Source: Candidatus Calescibacterium sp.
GTDB lineage: Bacteria > Calescibacteriota > Calescibacteriia > Calescibacteriales > Calescibacteriaceae
Length of the DNA: 64,000 bases
Assembly (NCBI GenBank): GCA_025060505.1
Contig: JANXBU010000005.1
Coordinates: forward strand, 86,910 to 150,909
Direction of reading: 5' to 3'
This document shows positions 29,141 through 38,049 of the stretch, piece after piece. The notes beneath the pieces are model-generated. The model was not told the DNA's origin and searched no databases. It saw nothing but the letters and a program-made list of their open reading frames with translations. The position numbers were made by a program, and so were the translations under genes. Position 1 is the stretch's first letter. Each line of letters opens with the position of its first letter.

Positions 29141-30076
29141 TTGTTTATGGCAGAAATTGTGAATGGAAGGGAAATATACAATCAAATAATAGAAGAAACA
29201 AAAAGATACATACATGAATTTAGAGCTAATATAGAAAAAATAAAAGCCAAAATCTCTCCGAAGCTCTCAATAATTGCTATAGGGGAAGACAAAGAAATGG
29301 AAGTTTACATAAGAAACAAAAAAAGAGCAGCAGATATATGCGGAATAGAAATAAACTTGGTACATTTCCAAAAAGATATATCACAAAGATTGCTTGAAGA
29401 GAAAATAGAGGAAATAAATGAATCTGATTCTTGTGGCGTAATTGTTCAACTTCCTCTTCCAAAACACATAGATAAAAAAGTTCTTGATAAAATACTTCCA
29501 TCAAAAGATGTGGATTGCTTAACCTCAGAGAATTTGGGAAGCGTCTTGAAAGATATTAGAAAAGCTCGCTTCATACCTTGCGCCTGTCTCGCTATGCTTG
29601 ATGTTTTTGATAGGTTCAAGATTGATGTTAAAGGAAAGTATGCAGTTGTTATAGGTGCCTCAGACCTGGTTGGGAAACCGTGTGCATCTGTTCTTTTGAA
29701 CCTTGGAGCAACTGTTACAGTATGCCACAAGTATACAGAAAACATAGAAAAATTCATAAGTGAAGCAGACATAGTTGTATCGGCTGTTGGAAAACCGGGA
29801 TTAGTAAAAGGAAACTGGATAAAAAATAAAGCAGTCATAATAGACATAGGAACAAGAATGGTAGATGGAAAAATACTCGGGGACGTTGAATTTGATTTAG
29901 CAAAAGAAAGAGCATCAATTATAACGCCAGTTCCCGGTGGAATTGGACTTATAACGGTTGCCGAACTTATGAAAAATATAGCAAGAGCTCTTTATTTGAA
30001 TGCAGGTACTGAGCTTACCTACTCTATATCTGCTATTGGCTCTCCTTCACCAACAGATCCGCCCTCAGAAACATAA
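29141..30076 (+). CDS. folD: Bifunctional methylenetetrahydrofolate dehydrogenase / methenyl-THF cyclohydrolase
   Basis: 311 aa. ...LSIIAIGEDKEMEVYIRNKKRAADICGI..., IVQLPLPKHID, PCACLAMLDV, VVIGASDLVGKP, PVPGGIGLITVAELM. The ~25-aa C-terminal tail overlaps the convergent gene at 30019-30234. Confidence 0.85.
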   Translation: MFMAEIVNGREIYNQIIEETKRYIHEFRANIEKIKAKISPKLSIIAIGEDKEMEVYIRNKKRAADICGIEINLVHFQKDISQRLLEEKIEEINESDSCGVIVQLPLPKHIDKKVLDKILPSKDVDCLTSENLGSVLKDIRKARFIPCACLAMLDVFDRFKIDVKGKYAVVIGASDLVGKPCASVLLNLGATVTVCHKYTENIEKFISEADIVVSAVGKPGLVKGNWIKNKAVIIDIGTRMVDGKILGDVEFDLAKERASIITPVPGGIGLITVAELMKNIARALYLNAGTELTYSISAIGSPSPTDPPSET

Positions 30077-30234
30077 AGTTTCTTTACAACTCCATTAACG
30101 GGGGAATCAACAGGAATTTCCATTTTCATAGATTCAAGAATTACAATGGTCGTTCCCTCTGAAACTCTGTCTCCCTCTTTAACTAAAACCTTCCAGACAT
30201 TCGCAGTTATCGGAGAAAGAACCTTCTCTGCCAT
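30019..30234 (-). CDS. Stand-alone biotinyl/lipoyl-attachment domain protein (biotin carboxyl carrier-like)
   Basis: 71 aa, essentially only the hybrid-barrel domain with the biotinyl-lysine motif ESMKMEIP. Confidence 0.65.
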   Translation of the reverse strand: MAEKVLSPITANVWKVLVKEGDRVSEGTTIVILESMKMEIPVDSPVNGVVKKLYVSEGGSVGEGEPIADIE

Positions 30235-30408
30235 ATCTTTGACTATGGTATGAGCAGTTATTATTTTTTCCTTAAAAACAAAAATTTGTCCAGTTGTTCA
30301 AATTAGATTGAGCTCATATCTCTTAAATTTAAAAAGCTTGCAATATTAAGTTTTCATAGAAGAAAATATATAGAAAAGACATCCAAATACACAGATTGTA
30401 TGACCAAT

Positions 30409-31218
30409 TCAAGATCTTAAATGTTCCAGAGCATCCTTGTGCATATCACATAAAAATATCTTTCCTTTCTTTGTAGATATAAGTTCATCAGTTGTGTGAG
30501 AATCACTGAGAAAACATCTGGGAGAAGAGCAAAAAGGAACACCCAAGTTGTTCCATAACAGGGCTTCAAGAATATAAGCTCTTGCAAAAATTGGTATGTT
30601 TTTGTATATATAATTTTTTAGATCCTCTGCCTTTATCAGAGCAACGTCTTCGCTGACCATTTTTGTTAGATGGTACTCAACCGGTTTGGCCGGTGCAGAA
30701 AAAAAGCCATTTGTCGATATGATTGAAGGAACTGAAAAAACTCCAATTCTTATGTGGTATCTTCCATCTTCTCCGAATGTTGCTATTTGCCTGTTCGTTA
30801 TAACCACGGGGAGAATTCTTGAAGATTTCAGATCCGTTGGTAGGAATTCAAAGATTATGCCACAAAATAGGAATCCATCGTAAATTATACCAAATGGATT
30901 TATTTCTCCCCTTATCTTCTTTAATTCAAAGTTTATTTCAGCTGGAGAGACAAAATCGTGAACTGTTTGCTTACTCCAGTTTGTAACTCTTATTCTAACG
31001 AGTTTGTAGGAGACATTTTGTAGAGATTTCTGATCCAAAAGGCTCCAAACACTTCCAACATACTCAATTTTCGATTTCAACTTGAAATATCTGAAAAGTT
31101 CAGATGTAGCATATTGAATTTTTCTTATTTCAGAATCCTCTACACCATCTGACAGAAATAGTACTTCTATATTACTTTGATTTTGCTTTATGCTCTTTCT
31201 GTGGTTTTTTGATCTCAT
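30409..31218 (-). CDS. Hypothetical protein with C-terminal Cys/His cluster
   Basis: 269 aa. C-terminal ...GVPFCSSPRCFLSDSHTTDEL...FLCDMHKDALEH suggests a metal-binding module. The first ATG overlaps the 3' end of thi4 by ~47 nt. Confidence 0.4.
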   Translation of the reverse strand: MRSKNHRKSIKQNQSNIEVLFLSDGVEDSEIRKIQYATSELFRYFKLKSKIEYVGSVWSLLDQKSLQNVSYKLVRIRVTNWSKQTVHDFVSPAEINFELKKIRGEINPFGIIYDGFLFCGIIFEFLPTDLKSSRILPVVITNRQIATFGEDGRYHIRIGVFSVPSIISTNGFFSAPAKPVEYHLTKMVSEDVALIKAEDLKNYIYKNIPIFARAYILEALLWNNLGVPFCSSPRCFLSDSHTTDELISTKKGKIFLCDMHKDALEHLRS

Positions 31219-31993
31219 TAAGTATAATCTCAGCAGCTCTTCTTCCAGACATCAGAACTCCACCGAAAGTTGGTCCCATTCTTGGGAGCCCATAAGTTTC
31301 AGAAACAGACATACCTGCAACATAGAGTCCGGGAAACACTTCACCTGTATGTTCCACGATAAGGTCTTCCGACATCTCTACCCACATGGCTCCCATACCT
31401 TTTGTTTTGACCAGACCTCTTGCTTCAAGGCTTTTGACCGCGTAAGCATCGTGTCCTGTTGCGTCTATTAGAAACCTACATTCAAGAGCAACCGGGTCAA
31501 CACAGGTTATCTCTCTCGGAAGAGCAGAAACAGGGGTCCAGTTGACAACAACTCCCTGAACTCTCTGATCACGCAGAACAACATCATCAAAGGAAGTCAT
31601 TTGCAAGAATTTCACACCCGCATCGCAAGCAGCTGAGATGAGTTTCGCAACAGCCTCAGGTCCATATGATACATAAAGCCCGGGTTTCACCTGATCAAGC
31701 TTCACTCCTATCTCTCTTAGAACCTCATCACCCGGAGATCTGACCGTTATTGTGTTCATAAGAAATCCACCAATCCAAAAGCCTCCACCAAGATAGTTGT
31801 TTCGCTCTATAACGAGAACTTTGACACCATTTTTAGCAAGATCCTTTGCGGCAACAAGTCCGGCCGGACCCCCACCGAGTATTATCACATCTGAGTAAGA
31901 ATAATCTTGAAGCATACTCATAAAACCACTAACTATTGTATGTGTTATATCCTTTTCTCCTATTTCGGAGAATATTTTTTTCTTTTTGCTCAT
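31172..31993 (-). CDS. thi4: Thiazole synthase, Thi4 type (archaeal/eukaryotic-like thiamine thiazole synthase)
   Basis: ORF to 32011. The ATG at 31993 (MSKKKK) is preceded by a strong SD, ggaggaagg (rc of 31998-32006). FAD dinucleotide fold DVIILGGGPAGLVAAKDLAK, ...IDATGHDA..., RMGPTFGGVLMSG. Confidence 0.85.
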   Translation of the reverse strand: MSKKKKIFSEIGEKDITHTIVSGFMSMLQDYSYSDVIILGGGPAGLVAAKDLAKNGVKVLVIERNNYLGGGFWIGGFLMNTITVRSPGDEVLREIGVKLDQVKPGLYVSYGPEAVAKLISAACDAGVKFLQMTSFDDVVLRDQRVQGVVVNWTPVSALPREITCVDPVALECRFLIDATGHDAYAVKSLEARGLVKTKGMGAMWVEMSEDLIVEHTGEVFPGLYVAGMSVSETYGLPRMGPTFGGVLMSGRRAAEIILNEIKKPQKEHKAKSK

Positions 31994-32110
31994 ATACCTT
32001 CCTCCTTTCATTTGAAGATACTCATTTTGCGGTTAGGTATCACAAACTTCTGTATATTTTGAAAAACCGTACATTTCCAAATAGCAGCGCAGATTCCAAA
32101 AATTTCATAT

Positions 32111-32674
32111 ATGTCAGATGAACTCAAAGAGAAAATAATAAGATTAGCAACAATTCCCGCAAAGCTTGAAACAGCTATCTCAAAAAGCAAAGGCATAAAG
32201 ATAAAAGAGAGAAATATAGATAGATTTACCTTTGATGAACTAGAAAAAGCAATGCAAGAGATTGATCTTCCAAAAAGAGGACAGAAAATAATATCTGAAT
32301 TTCTGGAATACCTCAAATCAAAAGGCGAAACTATTATGAAGTCAAAACCCTATTACATAAACATAAAATTCAAAGTCAAAGATCTGGATAAAATCAACAA
32401 GTATATAAGTTCCAGAAAAGATATAAAAAGCTTCAGAAGCTTTGTCATATCAAAACTATATAGTGAATTCGGCATCACGCCGCCAAAAAATTTCTCAATA
32501 TTTTCAAAGAAAGAAATAAAGTCCCCGCAAATTCTTATCCCAGAGGACCTCGTTTACAAACTGAGACAAAAAATTATGAAAAGAAACAGAAAAATCAGAG
32601 ACAAAGAATTAAGATCACTTATAAGAAAAAAAATCGAATCAATCGCAGAAAAAATCGAAAAAGAGCAGATTTGA
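32111..32674 (+). CDS. Hypothetical protein (Lys-rich)
   Basis: 187 aa, no recognised motif, high Lys/Glu content. Confidence 0.35.
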   Translation: MSDELKEKIIRLATIPAKLETAISKSKGIKIKERNIDRFTFDELEKAMQEIDLPKRGQKIISEFLEYLKSKGETIMKSKPYYINIKFKVKDLDKINKYISSRKDIKSFRSFVISKLYSEFGITPPKNFSIFSKKEIKSPQILIPEDLVYKLRQKIMKRNRKIRDKELRSLIRKKIESIAEKIEKEQI

Positions 32675-32835
32675 TTATTCCATTAAGCGTTTATACATAT
32701 AATTTTTCTCTCCATATGTATCTCAATAATACAATCTGCCTTACAGATTTTTTGGATATTTCTCCCAGAAATTACTTGGCGTTCGCAACAGAGCAACATG
32801 AAAATTTTCCGATCAATAAGACTCTCATCTGTAAA

Positions 32836-33120
32836 TCATCTTCTTTTTAGTATAAAAAACAAAACAACAGAAAAGACTATAAAGATTACAAGCGAAAGAA
32901 TAACACCGTAAATAAAATATATGGTCAGCCCAAAAAATTTTGATATGAACCATATCAAAACAACATAGAGCAAGAATTTCAGGGGGTATAAAACACCAGA
33001 TATTATTTTTCCAGCTCTTGAATAGCCGAACTTGGATAAAACAGCGGATGTAATCATAATATTTAGAGCTATCGCTGATGAGAATATCAAGAATCCAGAG
33101 ATGACTTGAACAAACTCCAC
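32836..33120 (-). CDS. Small hypothetical membrane protein (3 TM)
   Basis: 94 aa, three hydrophobic helices, ends KRR. Confidence 0.35.
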   Translation of the reverse strand: MEFVQVISGFLIFSSAIALNIMITSAVLSKFGYSRAGKIISGVLYPLKFLLYVVLIWFISKFFGLTIYFIYGVILSLVIFIVFSVVLFFILKRR

Positions 33121-33273
33121 AATTTAAACTTTATCTTGTATAGGAAAAAATTGCTTTTTATAGTGTTTTTGTTCAATAAAAAACGCAAAACCAACATGAC
33201 AGATTTTCAACTCTTTTCTCTCAAATCAAAAAATCAAAAATCTCAACAAATGATAAAGATTACATAACTTCAA

Positions 33274-33912
33274 ATGGTGTATCCGATTTTCCTCCGTATA
33301 AATGGTAAAAAATGCGTTGTAATTGGCGGTGGTAAAGTTGGAGAGAGAAAAGTAAAAAGATTGCTCAAAGACAAAGCAAAAATATTAGTAATATCAAAAG
33401 ACTTCACGAACTATCTTGTGAAGCTGAACAAAATAAAAAAAATAGAACTTGTTCAGAAGAGTTATAAATTTGGTGATATACCTGATGATACTTTTCTAGT
33501 GTTTGAATGCACTGGACAAAAAGATGTTGCAGAAAATATTGCAAGAGAATGTAGAGAAAAAAGAAAAATACTGAACTCCGCTTCATTTCCTCAACTATCT
33601 GACTTCTTTGTACCCTCATCTTTGAGCAAAGGCGGAATAGAAATAGCAATTTCAACTTATGGAAAATCATCCTCTATATCTCGGGCTACAAGAGAAAAAA
33701 TAAGCAAAATCTTTCCAAAAGAGCTTTCAAAAAAGGTCAAACTCGTGGAAAGAATGCGAAAAATAATGAAATCAAAAGGTAAGAAAACAAAAGAACAAGA
33801 CAAACTCCTACTTGAACTATCAAGAATGATATTTGAAAAACCAGAACTATCTTACAAAGAGTTTCTCAACATAGCTAAAAACGAAGCGCAAAAAATTGGA
33901 ATAAGGATATAA
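33274..33912 (+). CDS. Precorrin-2 dehydrogenase / sirohydrochlorin ferrochelatase (siroheme synthase N-terminal domain, SirC/Met8-like)
   Basis: 212 aa. LRINGKKCVVIGGGKVGERKVKRLLKDKAKILVIS is the CysG-N/Met8 NAD-binding signature. Confidence 0.7.
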   Translation: MVYPIFLRINGKKCVVIGGGKVGERKVKRLLKDKAKILVISKDFTNYLVKLNKIKKIELVQKSYKFGDIPDDTFLVFECTGQKDVAENIARECREKRKILNSASFPQLSDFFVPSSLSKGGIEIAISTYGKSSSISRATREKISKIFPKELSKKVKLVERMRKIMKSKGKKTKEQDKLLLELSRMIFEKPELSYKEFLNIAKNEAQKIGIRI

Positions 33913-34050
33913 CTGAAAATCAAATACAAAAACATAGATCCAAAAAAATCCAATCAGAAAATAGAATCAAAAGTTTGGGCTTAATGAAAAAATTCCTCGA
34001 ATAGTTGTGAAAAATCACAAATAATAGATTAAAATTTAGAAAAGTAGCTC

Positions 34051-35526
34051 GTGTTAAAATTCAGAATAAAGTATCTTATGTTCATATTGTTTGCTTTATG
34101 TTCAGAGAAAGGAGAAAAGAAAAATGAAATATATCATCCGTATTTATCTCGTAGTGCATGGCCTATTGTTCATAAAAACCCTGCACAGCATGCAGGAACC
34201 GAGTTTGCAGGTCCAGAACAAAACTTTGAAGTAGAAATGTTTGATCACCGTGGCCCCGGTTGGATACTATTTGACTCACAAGGTAATATAATATTTGGGA
34301 ATGTAGATGTATTTTCTAACAAACATGAGTTCAAGAAATTCAACAACAAAATGGAACTTGTGGCAAGTGCTTCACTATCGTACAAAAATCTCACAGGTAT
34401 CTTAGGTGGAATTTACAGTTTTATTGATCATCAAGATTGCATTTGGACATCAACCGATGCAACGATACACAGATTATGCGAACGAGACTCAAAATTCGAA
34501 GAGGATATGAGATTCGAAATAAACAAGATCAAACCGGATTTGTTTTCAGAAGATGAAACTATTTTAAGCCTGATGCCGCTTTACAGAACATCTGGAATGA
34601 TCTCCATAGCTTTTCTAACACTTGGTATAAATTACATAAGAGAAGAAGATATTCTGAAACCGCAGGTCACAGGTGCAAAGCTTGGAATAATAAAAATCAA
34701 CAACAGGGAATCAGTAGATCTGCACTCCCTAAAATTTGAAGGAGAAGCTATACAAAACGCTTTAGCACTTGACAGAGAAGACAACATATATGTAGTAACC
34801 AACAGGAAAGCTTACAAGATAAAGTTCAGAGAGTCAGACGGAAGCTTTGAGATAAAGTGGGCATACACTTATGATTCCGGCGAGCCGCCAGAAAATATCA
34901 GATGTGAGGGGAACATCTCCGACTTTAACTGCTTGCTTCTGAATTACCTTGAAAGAGTGAGATTCTTTGATGGATCCGGAACAACACCAACTCTTATGGG
35001 AGATAATGAGGAGTATGTTGGATTTGCAGATGGATCCAGACCAATGAAAGTGATAGTTTTGAGAACGAAAGATGGAACACCAGTTGAAATAGATCAACCT
35101 ATCCCTTTCATATATGACCAGCTATCTCAAACAGAAAACACATTCGCATATATTAACAAAAAATTTGTGATAGAAAACAACAATCCGAATGAAAAAGGAG
35201 TAGCATGTTACCAGATCAAAGGTGAATACGGAAGAGAAAAGATCGAGCTTATCTGGGTGAACAGAGATGTATTTGCTCCAAATGCTGTTCCACTGGTATC
35301 CGGTTCGTCAGAGCTTGCTTATTTTTATGAAATGTTAGAATCTCAAAAATGGTTTCTAACAGCTCTTGACCTGAACAACGGAAAAATAAAGTTCAGATTA
35401 CCAATAGGTAATGGGCTGGAATTCAATAGCCTGTACTCACCGCTTAATCTCAACGATAAAAAAGAAATATATATACCACTTTTTGGAAAAATTCTGAGAA
35501 TAAAAGAAAAGAGCAATAAAAATTAA
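34051..35526 (+). CDS. Hypothetical secreted protein/lipoprotein
   Basis: 491 aa. N-terminal hydrophobic segment with Cys (MFILFALCSEK). No motif recognised. Confidence 0.45.
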   Translation: MLKFRIKYLMFILFALCSEKGEKKNEIYHPYLSRSAWPIVHKNPAQHAGTEFAGPEQNFEVEMFDHRGPGWILFDSQGNIIFGNVDVFSNKHEFKKFNNKMELVASASLSYKNLTGILGGIYSFIDHQDCIWTSTDATIHRLCERDSKFEEDMRFEINKIKPDLFSEDETILSLMPLYRTSGMISIAFLTLGINYIREEDILKPQVTGAKLGIIKINNRESVDLHSLKFEGEAIQNALALDREDNIYVVTNRKAYKIKFRESDGSFEIKWAYTYDSGEPPENIRCEGNISDFNCLLLNYLERVRFFDGSGTTPTLMGDNEEYVGFADGSRPMKVIVLRTKDGTPVEIDQPIPFIYDQLSQTENTFAYINKKFVIENNNPNEKGVACYQIKGEYGREKIELIWVNRDVFAPNAVPLVSGSSELAYFYEMLESQKWFLTALDLNNGKIKFRLPIGNGLEFNSLYSPLNLNDKKEIYIPLFGKILRIKEKSNKN

Positions 35527-35785
35527 TCTATCATTAAACGGTTTATCGGATTTGATCTGGAGCAAATGTTAAAATCTCTTTGATTGATAGTTCCACAAAA
35601 CTTCATCAAGACGAAACTCCAAATTACACCAGAAAATCAGCAGAAACGATAATTTTTGAGTTTTTTAGTATTCTTGTTTAAAGCGTAAATCTACATTCAC
35701 ATATAGAGCATTTGTGGAAGCTTTCTGAAATCCTGAATGATTTAATTTTTTATAAATTCATTATAAGTAAACCATTCGAGAGTCT

Positions 35786-36472
35786 TTATCTTTTGGATTG
35801 CAATATATCAAGAAGTTTTTTGACTTTTGATTTATCTACTTTTGTGAAAGAAAACCCTCCTCTGTAAAAACCTTTTGAGTCTACTGTATAATGTTTCAAA
35901 GCAGCAGAACCGTCTATCTTTATTTTTGATTTTCCTCTTGGAAAATCAAGTGAAAATCTCACTTCTTCGTCTATCATTGGTAAGAAGTACTCAATCATCT
36001 TATCCTTCATCTGAATCTTCATTGAGAAACCTCCCAAACTCACATCCCCAAGATCACCCGAGAGAGCATATCCATTTTCTCTTTTTATAACCAAATCAGC
36101 TTCCTGTTTAGGTTTAACTCTGTAATACCTTCTTCTTTCACATACAAGTATTTCACTTGGTTTTTCAAAAACATAAATATTTGGTTGAATTCCTATTACA
36201 ATTTCATCAACCTTAGTATTTATCAGAACTATTCCTCTTCCCGAAACAAATCTGATCTCGTATTTTTCATTTTTTTTCAGCTTCTCATCAGATCTTACAA
36301 CTATTTTACTTTCATCCTTCAGACCTATTATGTATCCCCTAATAGCACCTTTGAATTTCTTGTTCAGTATAGATACCTCAAAGATATTGTCTTTAAATTC
36401 CTGGATCAGATTAATTACACCACTTCCGGATATTCTTAAATTAAAAAGCCCTTTCGGAAATGTTTCAATCAT
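35786..36472 (-). CDS. PilZ domain protein (YcgR-like, PilZN + PilZ)
   Basis: 228 aa. RRRYYRV...DLGDVSLGGFSM matches the c-di-GMP-binding PilZ motifs RxxxR and D/NxSxxG. Confidence 0.7.
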   Translation of the reverse strand: MIETFPKGLFNLRISGSGVINLIQEFKDNIFEVSILNKKFKGAIRGYIIGLKDESKIVVRSDEKLKKNEKYEIRFVSGRGIVLINTKVDEIVIGIQPNIYVFEKPSEILVCERRRYYRVKPKQEADLVIKRENGYALSGDLGDVSLGGFSMKIQMKDKMIEYFLPMIDEEVRFSLDFPRGKSKIKIDGSAALKHYTVDSKGFYRGGFSFTKVDKSKVKKLLDILQSKR

Positions 36473-36573
36473 ATCTATATTTTAATTTTACCTTTTCATA
36501 TTTTTGTTTATTTTTTCTATTGTTATCAATATTCATTGTTAAATTTACCTATTAATATGACCATAAAATCTTT

Positions 36574-38034
36574 ATGAAAACATTCGCAAATCTTCTCAAA
36601 AAACTAAAATCTAAACTTGAGACAAAAGATGTCACAGAAAAATATCAGGAATTTTACAAGTATGCCCTTTACATCATAAATTCATTTGTTTTCTCTGCAT
36701 CTGTGCCTGCTCTTCCCTTCCATATTACATTTTTAGGATCTCTTCTAATTTATGTGTTTGTATTTTCAAACGTCGCAATAAGAGACTCCATAATAATATC
36801 AGGTTATTCAATCTTCTTCTTTCTATCGTTATTTGGACTTAAAGAACTTGTTCTGGAAGAATATTTAGCCTTATCAACATACCGGATATTCTTTATCTTC
36901 CCGTACTTCATTATACCTTCAACACTGTTTTTTCTAATAGAAAGAAAAAAAGCTACCTACCTTTGCACAATATTGCCGGTTTTTGCTATCGGGATAATAG
37001 ACCAACTGAACGATAGCATACTTTCTGTTTCGTTGTCTTGGATCTTCGGATCTATGCTTTCTTTTCCTTTTCTTTCAAAAAGCAGAAGAAGATTTTCTCT
37101 TTTCAAGGTAGCATCTATTTATGGAGTTTTTGGAGCAATCCTCCTTATGGTTTTCAAAGGTGGAATAACTGAATCCGCTTTATTCATATTATCTGCCATT
37201 ATTTCACCATTCATATCAATATCTGTACTCTATTTTTTCGAAAGAGTATTCAATATTCTCACTCCGTTTTATCTTTTTGATCTTCAAGATATAGAACATC
37301 CTCTTTTAGTGCAGCTAAGACAGAGGGCACCAGGAACTTTTCATCACAGCTTAGTTGTAGCAGATATAGCATATATAGCGGCAAAGGAAGTAGGTGCAAA
37401 TGCAGAACTTGTAAGATGCGCGGCACTTTACCATGACATTGGAAAAATGGTCAGACCAGAATACTTCATCGAAAATGTCGGTGGTATGACAGCTCATATG
37501 AAAATAAACATACCAATGAGCTCAAAGCTTGTCATAAGACACGTTGAAGATGGAGAAAAACTTGCGAGATCTTATTCACTTCCACAAAGAATAATTGACT
37601 TCATACTTGAACATCATGGAACAACATATCCAGAATACTTTGTAAAAGCTGCCAAAAAGCTCGATATACAACTTGATTCAAGATATCCGGGGCCATCTCC
37701 AAGAAGTCTGGAAACCGTTATAATGATGATATGTGATTCCTCAGAAGCAGCTGTCAGATCACTTGAAGAATACAAAGTAGAAAAAATAAATGAAATAATC
37801 TCAAAAGTTATAAAATCGAAACTCGAACAAGGGCAGTTTGATAATGCTCCCGTGACCATACAACAACTCAAGAGAATTCAGGAAGCAGTAGTGAAAGCTC
37901 TTACTGATTTCTACCACCTGAGAATAAGCTATGATGAAAAAAGCATCGAAAAATATATTGAAATGAAAAAACAAACAAACATCAACGGAGAAGATAAAGA
38001 GATTTCAGAACAAAAGAGAAAAAAAACCGGCTGA
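36574..38034 (+). CDS. 7TM-HD membrane phosphohydrolase (7TM receptor with intracellular HD domain, PgpH/YqfF-like)
   Basis: 486 aa. About 7 N-terminal TM helices, then HD motifs HHSLVVADIAYIAA...LYHDIGK...EHHGTTYPEYF. Confidence 0.7.
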   Translation: MKTFANLLKKLKSKLETKDVTEKYQEFYKYALYIINSFVFSASVPALPFHITFLGSLLIYVFVFSNVAIRDSIIISGYSIFFFLSLFGLKELVLEEYLALSTYRIFFIFPYFIIPSTLFFLIERKKATYLCTILPVFAIGIIDQLNDSILSVSLSWIFGSMLSFPFLSKSRRRFSLFKVASIYGVFGAILLMVFKGGITESALFILSAIISPFISISVLYFFERVFNILTPFYLFDLQDIEHPLLVQLRQRAPGTFHHSLVVADIAYIAAKEVGANAELVRCAALYHDIGKMVRPEYFIENVGGMTAHMKINIPMSSKLVIRHVEDGEKLARSYSLPQRIIDFILEHHGTTYPEYFVKAAKKLDIQLDSRYPGPSPRSLETVIMMICDSSEAAVRSLEEYKVEKINEIISKVIKSKLEQGQFDNAPVTIQQLKRIQEAVVKALTDFYHLRISYDEKSIEKYIEMKKQTNINGEDKEISEQKRKKTG

Positions 38035-38049
38035 ACTATAAAAACAAAT

